Shown here: one piece after another, positions 39,672 to 49,094 of the stretch
Layout: every line of letters begins with the position of its first letter
How positions within the stretch are numbered: the stretch's first letter is position 1
Origin: Fidelibacterota bacterium
Lineage (GTDB): Bacteria; Fidelibacterota; UBA8477; JABMPR01
NCBI GenBank assembly: GCA_021734325.1
Contig: JAIPJF010000010.1
Coordinates: 34,555 to 98,554 of the forward strand
DNA: 64,000 nt
Reading direction: 5' to 3'
The notes under the pieces: model-generated
What the model was told of the DNA's origin: nothing
The model's database searches: none
Seen by the model: the letters and a program-made list of their open reading frames with translations, nothing else
Made by a program: the position numbers and the translations under genes

Positions 39672-40496
39672 ATGGATATTGCAACAATTATTGGTCTAAT
39701 TTTTGGTCTTGGACTAGTATTTTTCGGGATGTCCGAACCCGGCAACTTCACGCCTCCAGAGACTTTTTTTAATCTGCGAGGACTTGCCATCGTCCTCGGG
39801 GGGACTCTGGCTGCTACGCTAGTGAACTACCCTTTAAAAAATGTGATCGGAATGCTCAAGGTATCACTTCAGGCTTTCTTCACAAATGGGTCCAGCAATC
39901 ATCTGGATGTAATCAACGAATTGGCGGCTTATTCTGAACAAGCCAGGAAACAGGGACTCCCATCCCTTGAGAACCGGCTGGATGGGATCAAGAATCACTA
40001 TATGCAGATGGGATTTGAGAATGCAATTCTCGAGCGCGACCCCAAGAAACTTGAAAGTTTCCTTGAGAATGAACTCAATTCGATGATTGACAGACATGCA
40101 AATGGCCAGGAAATATTCTACAATATGGGTTCCTACGCTCCAGCATTTGGTCTGTTGGGAACAGTGATGGGACTAATATTAATGATGACTAAACAGGCAG
40201 CGACATCTTCTGTTGGAAGCTACGCAGCTGGTGCACAGGATTCCATGGCAGCATTGCTTCAGGGCATGGGTATCGCGCTTGTCACTACATTCTATGGCGT
40301 TTTATTGGCCAATCTGTTGTTCATTCCGATTGCTGGAAAATTAAAGAACCGATCGGATGAAGAAGTTCATGGCTTAAATATAATCAAAGCAGGTATTCTT
40401 AGTATTCATTCAAAAGAACACCCGCTTATCATGCGTGAAAAACTGCTAACCTTCGTCGACAAGGATACTCGTAAGGCAGCAAGACAAACAGACTGA
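39672..40496 (+). CDS. motA: MotA/PomA-like stator proton-channel protein (MotA/TolQ/ExbB family, 4-TM MotA architecture)
   Basis: TM1-TM2, a ~95-aa cytoplasmic loop, then TM3-TM4 (YAPAFGLLGTVMGLI; ALVTTFYGVLLANLLFIPIA) and a cytoplasmic tail. It is followed by OmpA-type MotB genes. Confidence 0.75.
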   Translation: MDIATIIGLIFGLGLVFFGMSEPGNFTPPETFFNLRGLAIVLGGTLAATLVNYPLKNVIGMLKVSLQAFFTNGSSNHLDVINELAAYSEQARKQGLPSLENRLDGIKNHYMQMGFENAILERDPKKLESFLENELNSMIDRHANGQEIFYNMGSYAPAFGLLGTVMGLILMMTKQAATSSVGSYAAGAQDSMAALLQGMGIALVTTFYGVLLANLLFIPIAGKLKNRSDEEVHGLNIIKAGILSIHSKEHPLIMREKLLTFVDKDTRKAARQTD

Positions 40497-40506
40497 AAAA
40501 GTTTAT

Positions 40507-41208
40507 ATGTCTGACCTTTCACTCACCTCAGAACGGGCTTCCAATTCCTGGAAAGTCACGTACAGCGATCTCCTCACAGGACTATTAGCCTTCTTTCTCC
40601 TGCTTATTATCAAGGCTGAACAGGAATCAAACACAACCTTCAAATTTGCAGCTCAGTTAAAAGACACGATCTATGCCAAGGTGATAAGAGAGAAAAACAT
40701 TCGCAAACTGGATTGGCTGTATGTTGAGCATGCGGGACCCAAAGGTATAAAACTTCTCATTCCCTCGGAGATTGGGAATCAAAGCTTTTTTCAATCTGGT
40801 GATGACAAAATCGATGATAATTTTAATTTTTATTTAAAAACGGTCGCCGACATAGTCACAGGTTTGGAGTTGGAGCAAATTCCTATAAATTACCTGCCCA
40901 TCCTGCAAAAACTGGCAGCATCAGGTCGAGCGATCAAGATAAATGTCCGCATTGAGGGCCATTCAGATGCCGTACCCCTTGGCAGGAACACCCGCTTCCG
41001 TGACAATTGGGATCTTTCTACTGCGCGTGCCCACCAGGTCATGCAATTCTTCATCGAAGAAACCCCCATACCCGCTTCATACTTCTCAATGTCGGGCTAT
41101 GGTCCATTTCATCCCCTGGTCGATGTGAATCGCTACGATGAAAACAGGCGGGTTGAGATATATCTTGATATCCAGATGATTGAATTCAACAATGGCAAAC
41201 ATGTCTAA
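40507..41208 (+). CDS. motB: MotB-like stator protein (TM with conserved Asp + OmpA-like peptidoglycan-binding domain)
   Basis: SWKVTYSDLLTGLLAFFLLL (Asp in or near the TM helix), and a C-terminal IEGHSDAVPLGRN..RDNWDLSTARAHQV...RRVEIY OmpA_C motif. Confidence 0.7.
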   Translation: MSDLSLTSERASNSWKVTYSDLLTGLLAFFLLLIIKAEQESNTTFKFAAQLKDTIYAKVIREKNIRKLDWLYVEHAGPKGIKLLIPSEIGNQSFFQSGDDKIDDNFNFYLKTVADIVTGLELEQIPINYLPILQKLAASGRAIKINVRIEGHSDAVPLGRNTRFRDNWDLSTARAHQVMQFFIEETPIPASYFSMSGYGPFHPLVDVNRYDENRRVEIYLDIQMIEFNNGKHV

Positions 41209-41887
41209 AAGACTCACCAAGGTAGCTGCTCAGGCCAGGGCCAGCTGGGTGCTCTCCTATGGCGATACAGTCACACTCCTGATCACATTTTTCATTATGA
41301 TGATCACGGTACGGGCTGGCCAGATTAACAAGATTCACCGCTGGGTAAATGACAGACTCGACGAAGCGGCAATTGAAGTCCAGCAGGCAATGGATGATGC
41401 CGGAATCGAGGAAATTTCAGTAACTCGAAATTCAAAAGGTGTCCAGATCACTTTGGAAGATCCCCGTCTTTTTGAAATTGCATCCGCCCAGCCCCGAGCC
41501 ACACATTTATACCAGCTGGATGCTGTATCGAGATCCATACAGAATTTGAAAATATTTAATCTTGAGCAGACTGTGCACAGGGACTTTTTACGGGAGATTA
41601 AGGCAGAAGGGCTGCAATGGCTGGTTGAAATCCGGATTGAAGGTCACACAGATGCAACGCCACTCACGAGAAATGCCCTATATCGTGATAACTGGGAATT
41701 AAGTGCTGCGAGAGCACAGTCCATCATGATCCAGCTTCAGCAACAGACAGGTCTCCCCTCCTCCATTTTTGCCATCGAGGGTTTTGGTGAATTTCAGCCG
41801 ATTGGGGATAACGCCACTTTGGCCGGAAGAGAGTTGAACCGCCGCGTGGAAATTTATATTGGCGCGTCACTCGTTAAATCTCTCTGA
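41180..41887 (+). CDS. second MotB-like paralog (OmpA-like C-terminal domain)
   Basis: SWVLSYGDTVTLLITFFIMM; IEGHTDATPLTRNALYRDNWELSAARAQSI...RRVEIY. It is clearly paralogous to the previous gene. The start is ambiguous (41180 or 41192) and overlaps motB. Confidence 0.7.
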   Translation: MNSTMANMSKRLTKVAAQARASWVLSYGDTVTLLITFFIMMITVRAGQINKIHRWVNDRLDEAAIEVQQAMDDAGIEEISVTRNSKGVQITLEDPRLFEIASAQPRATHLYQLDAVSRSIQNLKIFNLEQTVHRDFLREIKAEGLQWLVEIRIEGHTDATPLTRNALYRDNWELSAARAQSIMIQLQQQTGLPSSIFAIEGFGEFQPIGDNATLAGRELNRRVEIYIGASLVKSL

Positions 41888-42011
41888 TACAAACCCTTCA
41901 GCAAATAGGGGCCTGAAATTTCAATAAATTCCCTTTTAAGCTGAAAGATTGAATTTATTATTCGCCTTAACAGGATTGGAACTTTTAACGAGCTTTTACG
42001 TTTAGGAACCC

Positions 42012-45000
42012 ATGTATAGAATATTTGTATTGATTATTTTTTGTTCATTTGCAACGAGTATGGACCTATCGATCCTTGAGAAGACAAAAAACACCATCAC
42101 GATAGAGCTTGGCATTCCAGAGCCATCGACCAAAACTTTTGAAATCGGTGAGGAATCGATTGAATCACCTCGATGGCCGGATGCCGAATTAACGTATGAT
42201 GATGATCTTCATGCAATTTTACCTTTATTTAATCTGCCAATTCTCCTCCCTCCTTCGGGCACACTCCCTGAACTCCAGGTGATCGACTCAGAGATGAGTG
42301 CTGATGATCGTCTCATCAGTGTGAAGAACTTAGGTGCCAGGAAGGAACTTGAGCGTGAGCTACCCCCTTCAAAACATCTTGAGTTAATTCAATTGGAGCA
42401 TGCAGAAGATTTTCGCTCTTTTAAAACAGGAAGCATTATTGTCTCACCCTACGCTATATCTGGTCAAAGACTGAAAAAGATGACCTTTCAGCTCGTCTTT
42501 CCTTTGGACAACATCAAGGGTGCAAGTCAGGACAACGATATTATTCCTGTTTACATAAACGGATATATGGCGTCAAAATGGGCAAAGGTACAGGAAGCAA
42601 AATTAGCAAAGACTTCACTAGAATTGCCGACAGGCCAGTGGTACACTTTTCCCGTCAATGAAGTCGGTATTCATCGAATTAACGTCGCTTCATTTGGGAG
42701 TAGCGTTCCTGAGTCAGATCCAGCAAGCTGGCAGGTCTATGCCCCGTATTATGAAGGCAGGTCCCTCCCGTATGAGCTTAGCAATACAAGTCCTACTCCG
42801 GAAAATCTAAAACAGATCAGCATGAGTGGTGTGGGTATAGATGATGGCTCATTCACGGGAGGAGATGAGATCCTCTTTTTTGCCCAGGCCCTCAATGGTG
42901 ATTTCAAGGGTGATAATTTTACCCATCTATACGGAAAACAACGCTATTACTGGTTATGTGTACCTGATGATCAATCCCTCCAGGGAAATCAGGTCATTCA
43001 GAAGTCAAGTTCAACTGAGACCCCCACTCAAACGGTAACAAATTATGAGAAAAGATATTATCATGAGGAGGATTTACACAACCAATTGCATTCCGGTGAA
43101 AGCTGGGTCGGGGAAAAATTCACTGGAAAAGCTGACAATCTCACTCTCAGATTCACGGATGATCATATAGATCGTGATGCAGGTGTGAACCTAAACGGTC
43201 TTATGATCTGGGATTATGGGATTTACGGTTCAGGATTTACAATTAATTTTGAATTAAATGATTGGCCTATTGGCACCAATAAAACCATTTCTTCACTTTA
43301 TAGGACAATTGCCTTCAGCGGGACTGGAAATGGTGCAATGTTGCAAGAGGGAAGCAATGGAATTAAACTGATTTATAGTAATGCTTCTGCGACACCAATC
43401 ATCTACTTGGACAGCCTTCGTTTGACTTATAAACGCTACCTCGCTCCTTCTGCTGATTATTTATTTGGGACAGTAGACCTTCCTGGTGCGGTGAACAAAC
43501 TTGAATTCGCTGATCTGAATACGGATTTTCGATTTTGGGACATCACGGATCCAACTGTGGTAAAAGAGTGGCGTCTGGTGAATGATCATTTTACCATCGC
43601 TGAAACGGGTAAACGCGAGGTCATTGGATTCATGAAGGACCAGCTCATTGATGTGAACCTGTCTGAGGCTGCAAATATGGGGACTCCGGAATTAAGACGA
43701 GAAGGGATTGAAGCTGATTATATCATCATCACACCTCAAATATTCATGGATGAGGCTCTAAGAATTAAGGAACTCAGAGAGACATTGATCAGCCCAGAGC
43801 ACAGGCTCAGGGTAAAGATCGCCCTCCTGGATGATATCTACAGGGAGTTTTCGGCAGGGACCCTGGATCCTGCAGCCATTAAGCACTTTCTGCATTATGC
43901 CTATTTTTCCTGGAATCAGGCACAGGCACCCCCAAAATACGTATTGTTGCTGGGTGATTCTGATTTCGACTATCGGAACATTACTGGCCTCAGCAAAATG
44001 GTTATTCCAACCTATCAAAAAGATGGAGCTTCAGACGTTCTCTCCTACTCAACCGATGACAGGTACACCTATATTGCCTCCGGTACTACTGATAGTAAAC
44101 CTGATATCGCGATTGGGAGGCTCCCGGCTCAAACTCCAGATGAACTAAATAGAATGATTGATAAGATCATTGCTTATGAGACAAGTCCTGAGCCAGGATT
44201 ATGGAGAAACACGATAACCCTTGTTGCCGATGATCCCCTTCGACCAAGTACCGGTATCGAGACTGAGCATATTGTGGATACTGAGAACCTTTCTCGCATC
44301 CTGCCAAAGAGCATTTATGTTGACAAAATATACCTCACAGAATACCCTGAGGAGAAAGATCCAAACTCACCATATATCAAAAAACCCAAGGCCAGAGATG
44401 ATCTGATCAAAAAACTCTATAATGGGACGCTGATGGTAAACTATCTGGGGCATGGCTCTCCGAATGTCTGGGCGCAGGAGAATGTTTTTACATCTGCTGA
44501 CCTTGGTCAGGTAAAGACCGGAATGAAATTGCCGTTCTGGATAGCAGGAACCTGCGACTGGGCAAAATATGATGATATCGGTGCATCTTGTGTCCCCGAA
44601 GAACTGATGCTCATGGAAAATAACGGAGCTGTGGGGATTCTGTCTACGACAAGAAAAACTTATGCCAACCTCAATGAAATTTTATTATCCGACTTTTTTG
44701 ACCTGCTCTTCCCTGACCCAGAGGGAAGTCGGTCAATAACCGTAGGCGCCGCCGTCATGATGGCAAAAAATGCTGGGGTTGGAATCAAACCAAACAATGA
44801 GAAATATATACTCTTATCTGACCCGGCCCTTCGGCTGGCCTCTCCAGCAAGGAAAGGTGAGATTCAATCGATCAACCCCTCCTCATTCAAGGCAATGGGC
44901 AAGATTAACTACTCAGGGATGACTGATACCAGTCTATCACCGGGTGCACAGGCAGTCGTTACTGTTTACGATACACCAACACCGGTGACGCGCCCAATTA

Positions 45001-45887
45001 TAGTTCCAAATTCATCTTATACTCGTTATATCTCATATGTCTTATCTGGCAAACGGATATTTAGAGGTCTTATCTCCATTGATGACAAATTTTTCTCAGG
45101 AAATTTTATGCTCCCTAAGGATATTAAATATTCAGGTGAGGGTGGTGTTCTCAGTGTTCAATACTGGGATGATACAGGGATTGATGGAACCATGTATATT
45201 GATACCTTAAAATTTCTGGGTACAGATTCAACCAGTCTTGATGAAAAAGGTCCCGAGATTTTATTCCTTTCTGAAAATGCAGTCTTGTTGAATGGTGATC
45301 ATTTTTCTGCAAACGAGGCTCTTGAGGTTGAATTGAATGACCCACAAGGCATCAATCTCACTGGTGTGGCCGGGCATGGAGTTACCCTCGCCATTGATGA
45401 GGACTGGGACAATGGAATAGATGTGACAGAGCTTTTTGAATATGATCTGGATCATTCAGATATTGGACGATTGTCTGCCTATCTTTCAGAGATCCCGCCT
45501 GGCGACCACTTGATCTCCATTAAAGCATGGGATAGTCAGAATAATCCGAGCGAAGCTAGCGTACGACTCTCATTTTTCGGAGCAAATGATTTCAGAATAT
45601 TTGACCTGTTCAATTTCCCAAATCCAATGGTTGATCACACTGAGGTTACCTTCATGCTTTCTCATTCAGCCGATCTCAATTTTACTGTCTATTCCCTGGC
45701 AGGAAGAAAGCTTTTCACCGAAGATCTTGGATATCAATTCCAGGGATACAACACCTTTCCATGGAATGGTAGAGACCAGTATGGGAGCAGGTTGGCAAAT
45801 GGTGTTTACATTATCGTACTGGAAGCCCGGAATAGTGGATTTGAGAAACCTGCACAAATATTACAGAAGATTGTTATTGCCCGCTAA
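42012..45887 (+). CDS. gingipain-like peptidase C25 with type IX secretion system C-terminal sorting domain
   Basis: Signal peptide. The C25 catalytic His (…NYLGHGSPNVW…) and Cys (…WIAGTCDWAKYDD…) are present. The C-terminal ~80 aa match the T9SS CTD pattern (…FNFPNP…VTF…VYSLAGRKL…ANGVYI…). The protein is 1291 aa. Confidence 0.8.
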   Translation: MYRIFVLIIFCSFATSMDLSILEKTKNTITIELGIPEPSTKTFEIGEESIESPRWPDAELTYDDDLHAILPLFNLPILLPPSGTLPELQVIDSEMSADDRLISVKNLGARKELERELPPSKHLELIQLEHAEDFRSFKTGSIIVSPYAISGQRLKKMTFQLVFPLDNIKGASQDNDIIPVYINGYMASKWAKVQEAKLAKTSLELPTGQWYTFPVNEVGIHRINVASFGSSVPESDPASWQVYAPYYEGRSLPYELSNTSPTPENLKQISMSGVGIDDGSFTGGDEILFFAQALNGDFKGDNFTHLYGKQRYYWLCVPDDQSLQGNQVIQKSSSTETPTQTVTNYEKRYYHEEDLHNQLHSGESWVGEKFTGKADNLTLRFTDDHIDRDAGVNLNGLMIWDYGIYGSGFTINFELNDWPIGTNKTISSLYRTIAFSGTGNGAMLQEGSNGIKLIYSNASATPIIYLDSLRLTYKRYLAPSADYLFGTVDLPGAVNKLEFADLNTDFRFWDITDPTVVKEWRLVNDHFTIAETGKREVIGFMKDQLIDVNLSEAANMGTPELRREGIEADYIIITPQIFMDEALRIKELRETLISPEHRLRVKIALLDDIYREFSAGTLDPAAIKHFLHYAYFSWNQAQAPPKYVLLLGDSDFDYRNITGLSKMVIPTYQKDGASDVLSYSTDDRYTYIASGTTDSKPDIAIGRLPAQTPDELNRMIDKIIAYETSPEPGLWRNTITLVADDPLRPSTGIETEHIVDTENLSRILPKSIYVDKIYLTEYPEEKDPNSPYIKKPKARDDLIKKLYNGTLMVNYLGHGSPNVWAQENVFTSADLGQVKTGMKLPFWIAGTCDWAKYDDIGASCVPEELMLMENNGAVGILSTTRKTYANLNEILLSDFFDLLFPDPEGSRSITVGAAVMMAKNAGVGIKPNNEKYILLSDPALRLASPARKGEIQSINPSSFKAMGKINYSGMTDTSLSPGAQAVVTVYDTPTPVTRPIIVPNSSYTRYISYVLSGKRIFRGLISIDDKFFSGNFMLPKDIKYSGEGGVLSVQYWDDTGIDGTMYIDTLKFLGTDSTSLDEKGPEILFLSENAVLLNGDHFSANEALEVELNDPQGINLTGVAGHGVTLAIDEDWDNGIDVTELFEYDLDHSDIGRLSAYLSEIPPGDHLISIKAWDSQNNPSEASVRLSFFGANDFRIFDLFNFPNPMVDHTEVTFMLSHSADLNFTVYSLAGRKLFTEDLGYQFQGYNTFPWNGRDQYGSRLANGVYIIVLEARNSGFEKPAQILQKIVIAR

Positions 45888-46484
45888 ATGAAGACCGTGA
45901 AATTAGTTCTGGCAAGTGCCTCTCCCCGGAGGAAGGAATTGTTGAAGCAGCTTGGTCTTGCATTTGAAACTGTTCCCAGTTCCGTGACGGAGCCGGCATT
46001 CACGGGAAAGAATCCCGTTCAATATGCGAGGGCTCTTGCCAAGGCAAAAGCATCAGAAATAGCAGAAAAATATCCCGATTCAATCATTCTGGGTGCAGAC
46101 ACAATTGTGCTGATTAATGATCAGGTTCTGGGAAAGCCCTTAGATGAACACCATGCATTTGTTATGCTTCGCTCACTTTCGGGGAGATATCACCATGTGA
46201 TCACCGCATTTAGTCTGCATCATAAAAATCTTCAAATAGCCAAAGATTACCATATTCGCACTCAGGTGCATTTTAGAGAATTGCTTGAGGAGGAGATTCA
46301 GTATTATATAAATACTGGTGATCCCTTCGACAAAGCCGGAGCTTATGGTATTCAGGATTATTCCGGAGTCTTTGTGGATAGTATAAAAGGCTGTTTTTAC
46401 AATGTGGTTGGTTTACCCCTGTCAGCATTCTACAGCAGATTAACGCATCTCCTGCGTGAGTTCGACCTTAAGATTCAATCCTAA
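45888..46484 (+). CDS. maf: Maf-like nucleoside triphosphate pyrophosphatase (septum formation protein Maf)
   Basis: The LVLASASPRRKELLKQLGL N-terminus is the Maf signature. The protein is 198 aa. Confidence 0.85.
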   Translation: MKTVKLVLASASPRRKELLKQLGLAFETVPSSVTEPAFTGKNPVQYARALAKAKASEIAEKYPDSIILGADTIVLINDQVLGKPLDEHHAFVMLRSLSGRYHHVITAFSLHHKNLQIAKDYHIRTQVHFRELLEEEIQYYINTGDPFDKAGAYGIQDYSGVFVDSIKGCFYNVVGLPLSAFYSRLTHLLREFDLKIQS

Positions 46485-46600
46485 TCTAGTTATTTATTGC
46501 TGTTAGCATGCCTGCAAGAAAAGCGTGACATGGGCTTCAGGACCCTTGATTTACGGGGAAAAATGCTTAAACTCAGTTGCAGAGAACTAGAGGAGCAGAC

Positions 46601-47395
46601 GTGGCATTTCATGAGGACTTAAGAAATCATCGCTTAAAAAAAGGTCTTATCCTTGAAGAGATATCTGAGGATACAAAAATCAACGTTCGCATTTTGCAGG
46701 CGCTTGAGCAAGGTGACTACCATATTCTTCCGGTTCCTTATATTCGTCTATTCATGAAGGCCTATGCTTTGGCTATTGATTACCCTGTTGAGGATATTCT
46801 CAGAGGATTGGAAAATGAACTAAAACTCACAGGCGAGCAGGGGATCACAACAAACATTTCGATTGAATCTGCTTCACCAGTCGACATGACCGGAGCCACC
46901 ATCTCCGATGTTCAAAATATTCTTCAAGTCGACAAGAGCTCCCAGAGCAATTTCACGCGACTCATTGGAGGAATTCTGGTTCTGGTAATTGTGATCATAT
47001 TCGGCAAGACATTGCTTAATCAGAGCCCTACTGACCTTGCCAATCGTAAACAACCACTGCTCCCTGAAATGAACCTCAGTCAAAGTCTGGACTCATTGAA
47101 AATATCCAATTCCCTGCTGTCTGCAGGCAAAGACAGTCTCACCATCACCTCAGTTGATTTCCTTTCTATTATAGTACAATCAGGATCCGCCCAAGGTGAT
47201 ACTATCTACCAATCACCTGGTCAATCCCACATCTTTATATTAAATGACTCACTAAGACTAAAACTGTATCCAAGCGATGCAGCCGTATTGTCGATCAAAC
47301 AGGATACCCTACCTGGCTCCCCCTTCAGTAATTCGTGGCTTATCATTTCTGCAGATTCAAGCGGCGGTCAGCTAAGAACCTACTCCACGCTGTAA
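46601..47395 (+). CDS. rodZ: RodZ-like cytoskeleton protein (N-terminal HTH, TM, periplasmic domain)
   Basis: Start assigned at GTG 46601, preceded by an AGGAG RBS; the supplied ORF begins at an upstream TTG. The HTH is LRNHRLKKGLILEEISEDTKINVRILQALEQGDYHILPVPYIRLFMKAYALAID, followed by a central TM. Confidence 0.55.
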   Translation: MAFHEDLRNHRLKKGLILEEISEDTKINVRILQALEQGDYHILPVPYIRLFMKAYALAIDYPVEDILRGLENELKLTGEQGITTNISIESASPVDMTGATISDVQNILQVDKSSQSNFTRLIGGILVLVIVIIFGKTLLNQSPTDLANRKQPLLPEMNLSQSLDSLKISNSLLSAGKDSLTITSVDFLSIIVQSGSAQGDTIYQSPGQSHIFILNDSLRLKLYPSDAAVLSIKQDTLPGSPFSNSWLIISADSSGGQLRTYSTL

Positions 47396-47617
47396 ACGCC
47401 TGCATCTAATTAAGTCCTGTTAAGTTTTGTGGGAATTTAACCCACAACGCATTTATTCCATCGTTTGTAAGTCTGCTTGCAGCTCTAGTCATACATCCTA
47501 GCCCTTATTCTACAATAACAGACTTAATGAATGTCCGATTATGAATATATCTCCATTTTCAAATGATATGAGTTCCCTTTAGAATTTTTTCCAATTCTCG
47601 CTTTTTTTCTTGTATTG

Positions 47618-47656
47618 TGGGTAGTAAACCCTAATTTATGGGTAATAGTGGGTAAT
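47618..47656. promoter_or_regulatory. three phased TGGGTA(A/G)T direct repeats upstream of mraZ; candidate MraZ operator in the dcw promoter
   Basis: TGGGTAGT at 47618, TGGGTAAT at 47639 and TGGGTAAT at 47649, spaced 21 and 10 bp apart (helical phasing). They lie 30-68 nt upstream of the mraZ ATG (47686). E. coli MraZ binds TGGGN direct repeats in Pmra. Confidence 0.5.
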
Positions 47657-47685
47657 TATCCCTGCTATAAAAAGCTGAACGGGAA

Positions 47686-48147
47686 ATGGGAACAAAAACA
47701 TTTACAGGTGAATTTCGCTATACAATCGACTCCAAAGGTCGGGTGAATATTCCAGCGAAATTCAGAAAAGCGCTTCCGGATACCAGTGAGGATACTTTCG
47801 TGATCACACGAGGCCTTGACGAGAATTTAGTCGCCTACTCATTGGATAAGTGGCGGCAAAAGGAAGACGAGCTGTTGAAACTCTCTTCAATCAAACCTGA
47901 GCACCGTGCATTCAAACGTCAGGCCACTCGCTTTGCCACCCCTCTTAAATTCGATTCTCAGGGTCGTGTTGCAATACCTCCTTATCTCCTCAAACATGCG
48001 GACATTGAGAAGGATGTTGTAATAATAGGAATGATCGATGAGATAGAAATCTGGGATCCAGCAGTTTTGGTGCGCTATGAAGAAACTGAGTTCCGACTTG
48101 ATGCTGAGGATATTGAAGCCATTGACAATTATACCAGATCATCGTGA
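47686..48147 (+). CDS. mraZ: transcriptional regulator MraZ
   Basis: …FTGEFRYTIDSKGRVNIPAKFRK… duplicated MraZ/SpoVT-AbrB-like halves. It is the first gene of the dcw cluster. Confidence 0.9.
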   Translation: MGTKTFTGEFRYTIDSKGRVNIPAKFRKALPDTSEDTFVITRGLDENLVAYSLDKWRQKEDELLKLSSIKPEHRAFKRQATRFATPLKFDSQGRVAIPPYLLKHADIEKDVVIIGMIDEIEIWDPAVLVRYEETEFRLDAEDIEAIDNYTRSS

Positions 48148-49094
48148 GTCAGGATATCCAGACGCAATTTCGTCACATACCAGTGATGGTAGACGAAGTT
48201 TGTGCTCTGCTGATAAGCGATCCTTCAGGTATATACGTGGACGGGACTTTCGGCCTCGGCGGTCACACAAAAGCACTTTCTTCTCTCCTTAATGTTGATG
48301 CACAGCTGATCGGAATTGACCAGGATCAGACTGCTCTCGCACAATTCTCCCCAACCTCTGTACAGCAAAGCTTGCACCTTGAGTGCACTAACTTTGAAAA
48401 TTTAGACCAGGTCCTCACAGACCTTAATGTAAACAAAGTCCACGGAATTCTTCTGGATCTGGGGCTTAATTCCTTCTCATTAGACGATCCTGAGAGGGGG
48501 TTTGCTTTCAGTCTCAAGGGTCCCCTGGACATGCGGTTTGATAGATCAGGCAAGCGAACGGCTGAAACTGTTGTGAATGAATATTCGGAGGAAGACCTGG
48601 CCAATATCATTTACAAGTATGGTGAAGAAAGGCATAGTCGCAGAATAGCGAAAAGAATCGTGGAAATGAGATCTATTAAAAAGTTGACACAGAGTGAGGA
48701 GCTCCGAGAGGCTGTAAGCAGGAGTGTCCACCCCCAATTTCGCAACAAGTCTTTGGCAAGAGTTTTTCAGGCGATCCGTATTGAAGTAAATCGCGAGATC
48801 GAAGTACTCTCAAAAATTCTGGATACTGCCATTCAGGTTCTTGCTCCCGGAGGTCGAGTCGCTGTTATCAGCTATCACTCACTGGAAGATCGTATGGTGA
48901 AAAGATATTTCCGTGATCTCTCTCAGGATGTGCCGCTCCAACCGGGAATGTGGGAGGATGAGGTCAAAATTCCGCTGCTTAAAGTAATAACAAAAAAACC
49001 CGTTACTGCGACACCGGCTGAAATTGAGATGAATCCCCGATCACGCAGTGCCAAACTGAGGGTTGCAGAAAGGACTGCTTATGCGTCCAAATGA
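48144..49094 (+). CDS. rsmH: 16S rRNA (cytosine1402-N4)-methyltransferase
   Basis: HIPVMVDEV…DGTFGLGGHT SAM-binding signature. It overlaps mraZ by 4 nt. Confidence 0.9.
   Translation: MSQDIQTQFRHIPVMVDEVCALLISDPSGIYVDGTFGLGGHTKALSSLLNVDAQLIGIDQDQTALAQFSPTSVQQSLHLECTNFENLDQVLTDLNVNKVHGILLDLGLNSFSLDDPERGFAFSLKGPLDMRFDRSGKRTAETVVNEYSEEDLANIIYKYGEERHSRRIAKRIVEMRSIKKLTQSEELREAVSRSVHPQFRNKSLARVFQAIRIEVNREIEVLSKILDTAIQVLAPGGRVAVISYHSLEDRMVKRYFRDLSQDVPLQPGMWEDEVKIPLLKVITKKPVTATPAEIEMNPRSRSAKLRVAERTAYASK

Noticed and set aside
39672-40496. MotA-like gene considered as ZorA of a Zorya defence system
   Set aside because: The protein is 274 aa with a normal MotA tail rather than the several-hundred-residue ZorA C-terminal fibre. 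There is no zorC/zorD/zorE-like gene nearby. Its partners are ordinary OmpA-type MotB proteins.
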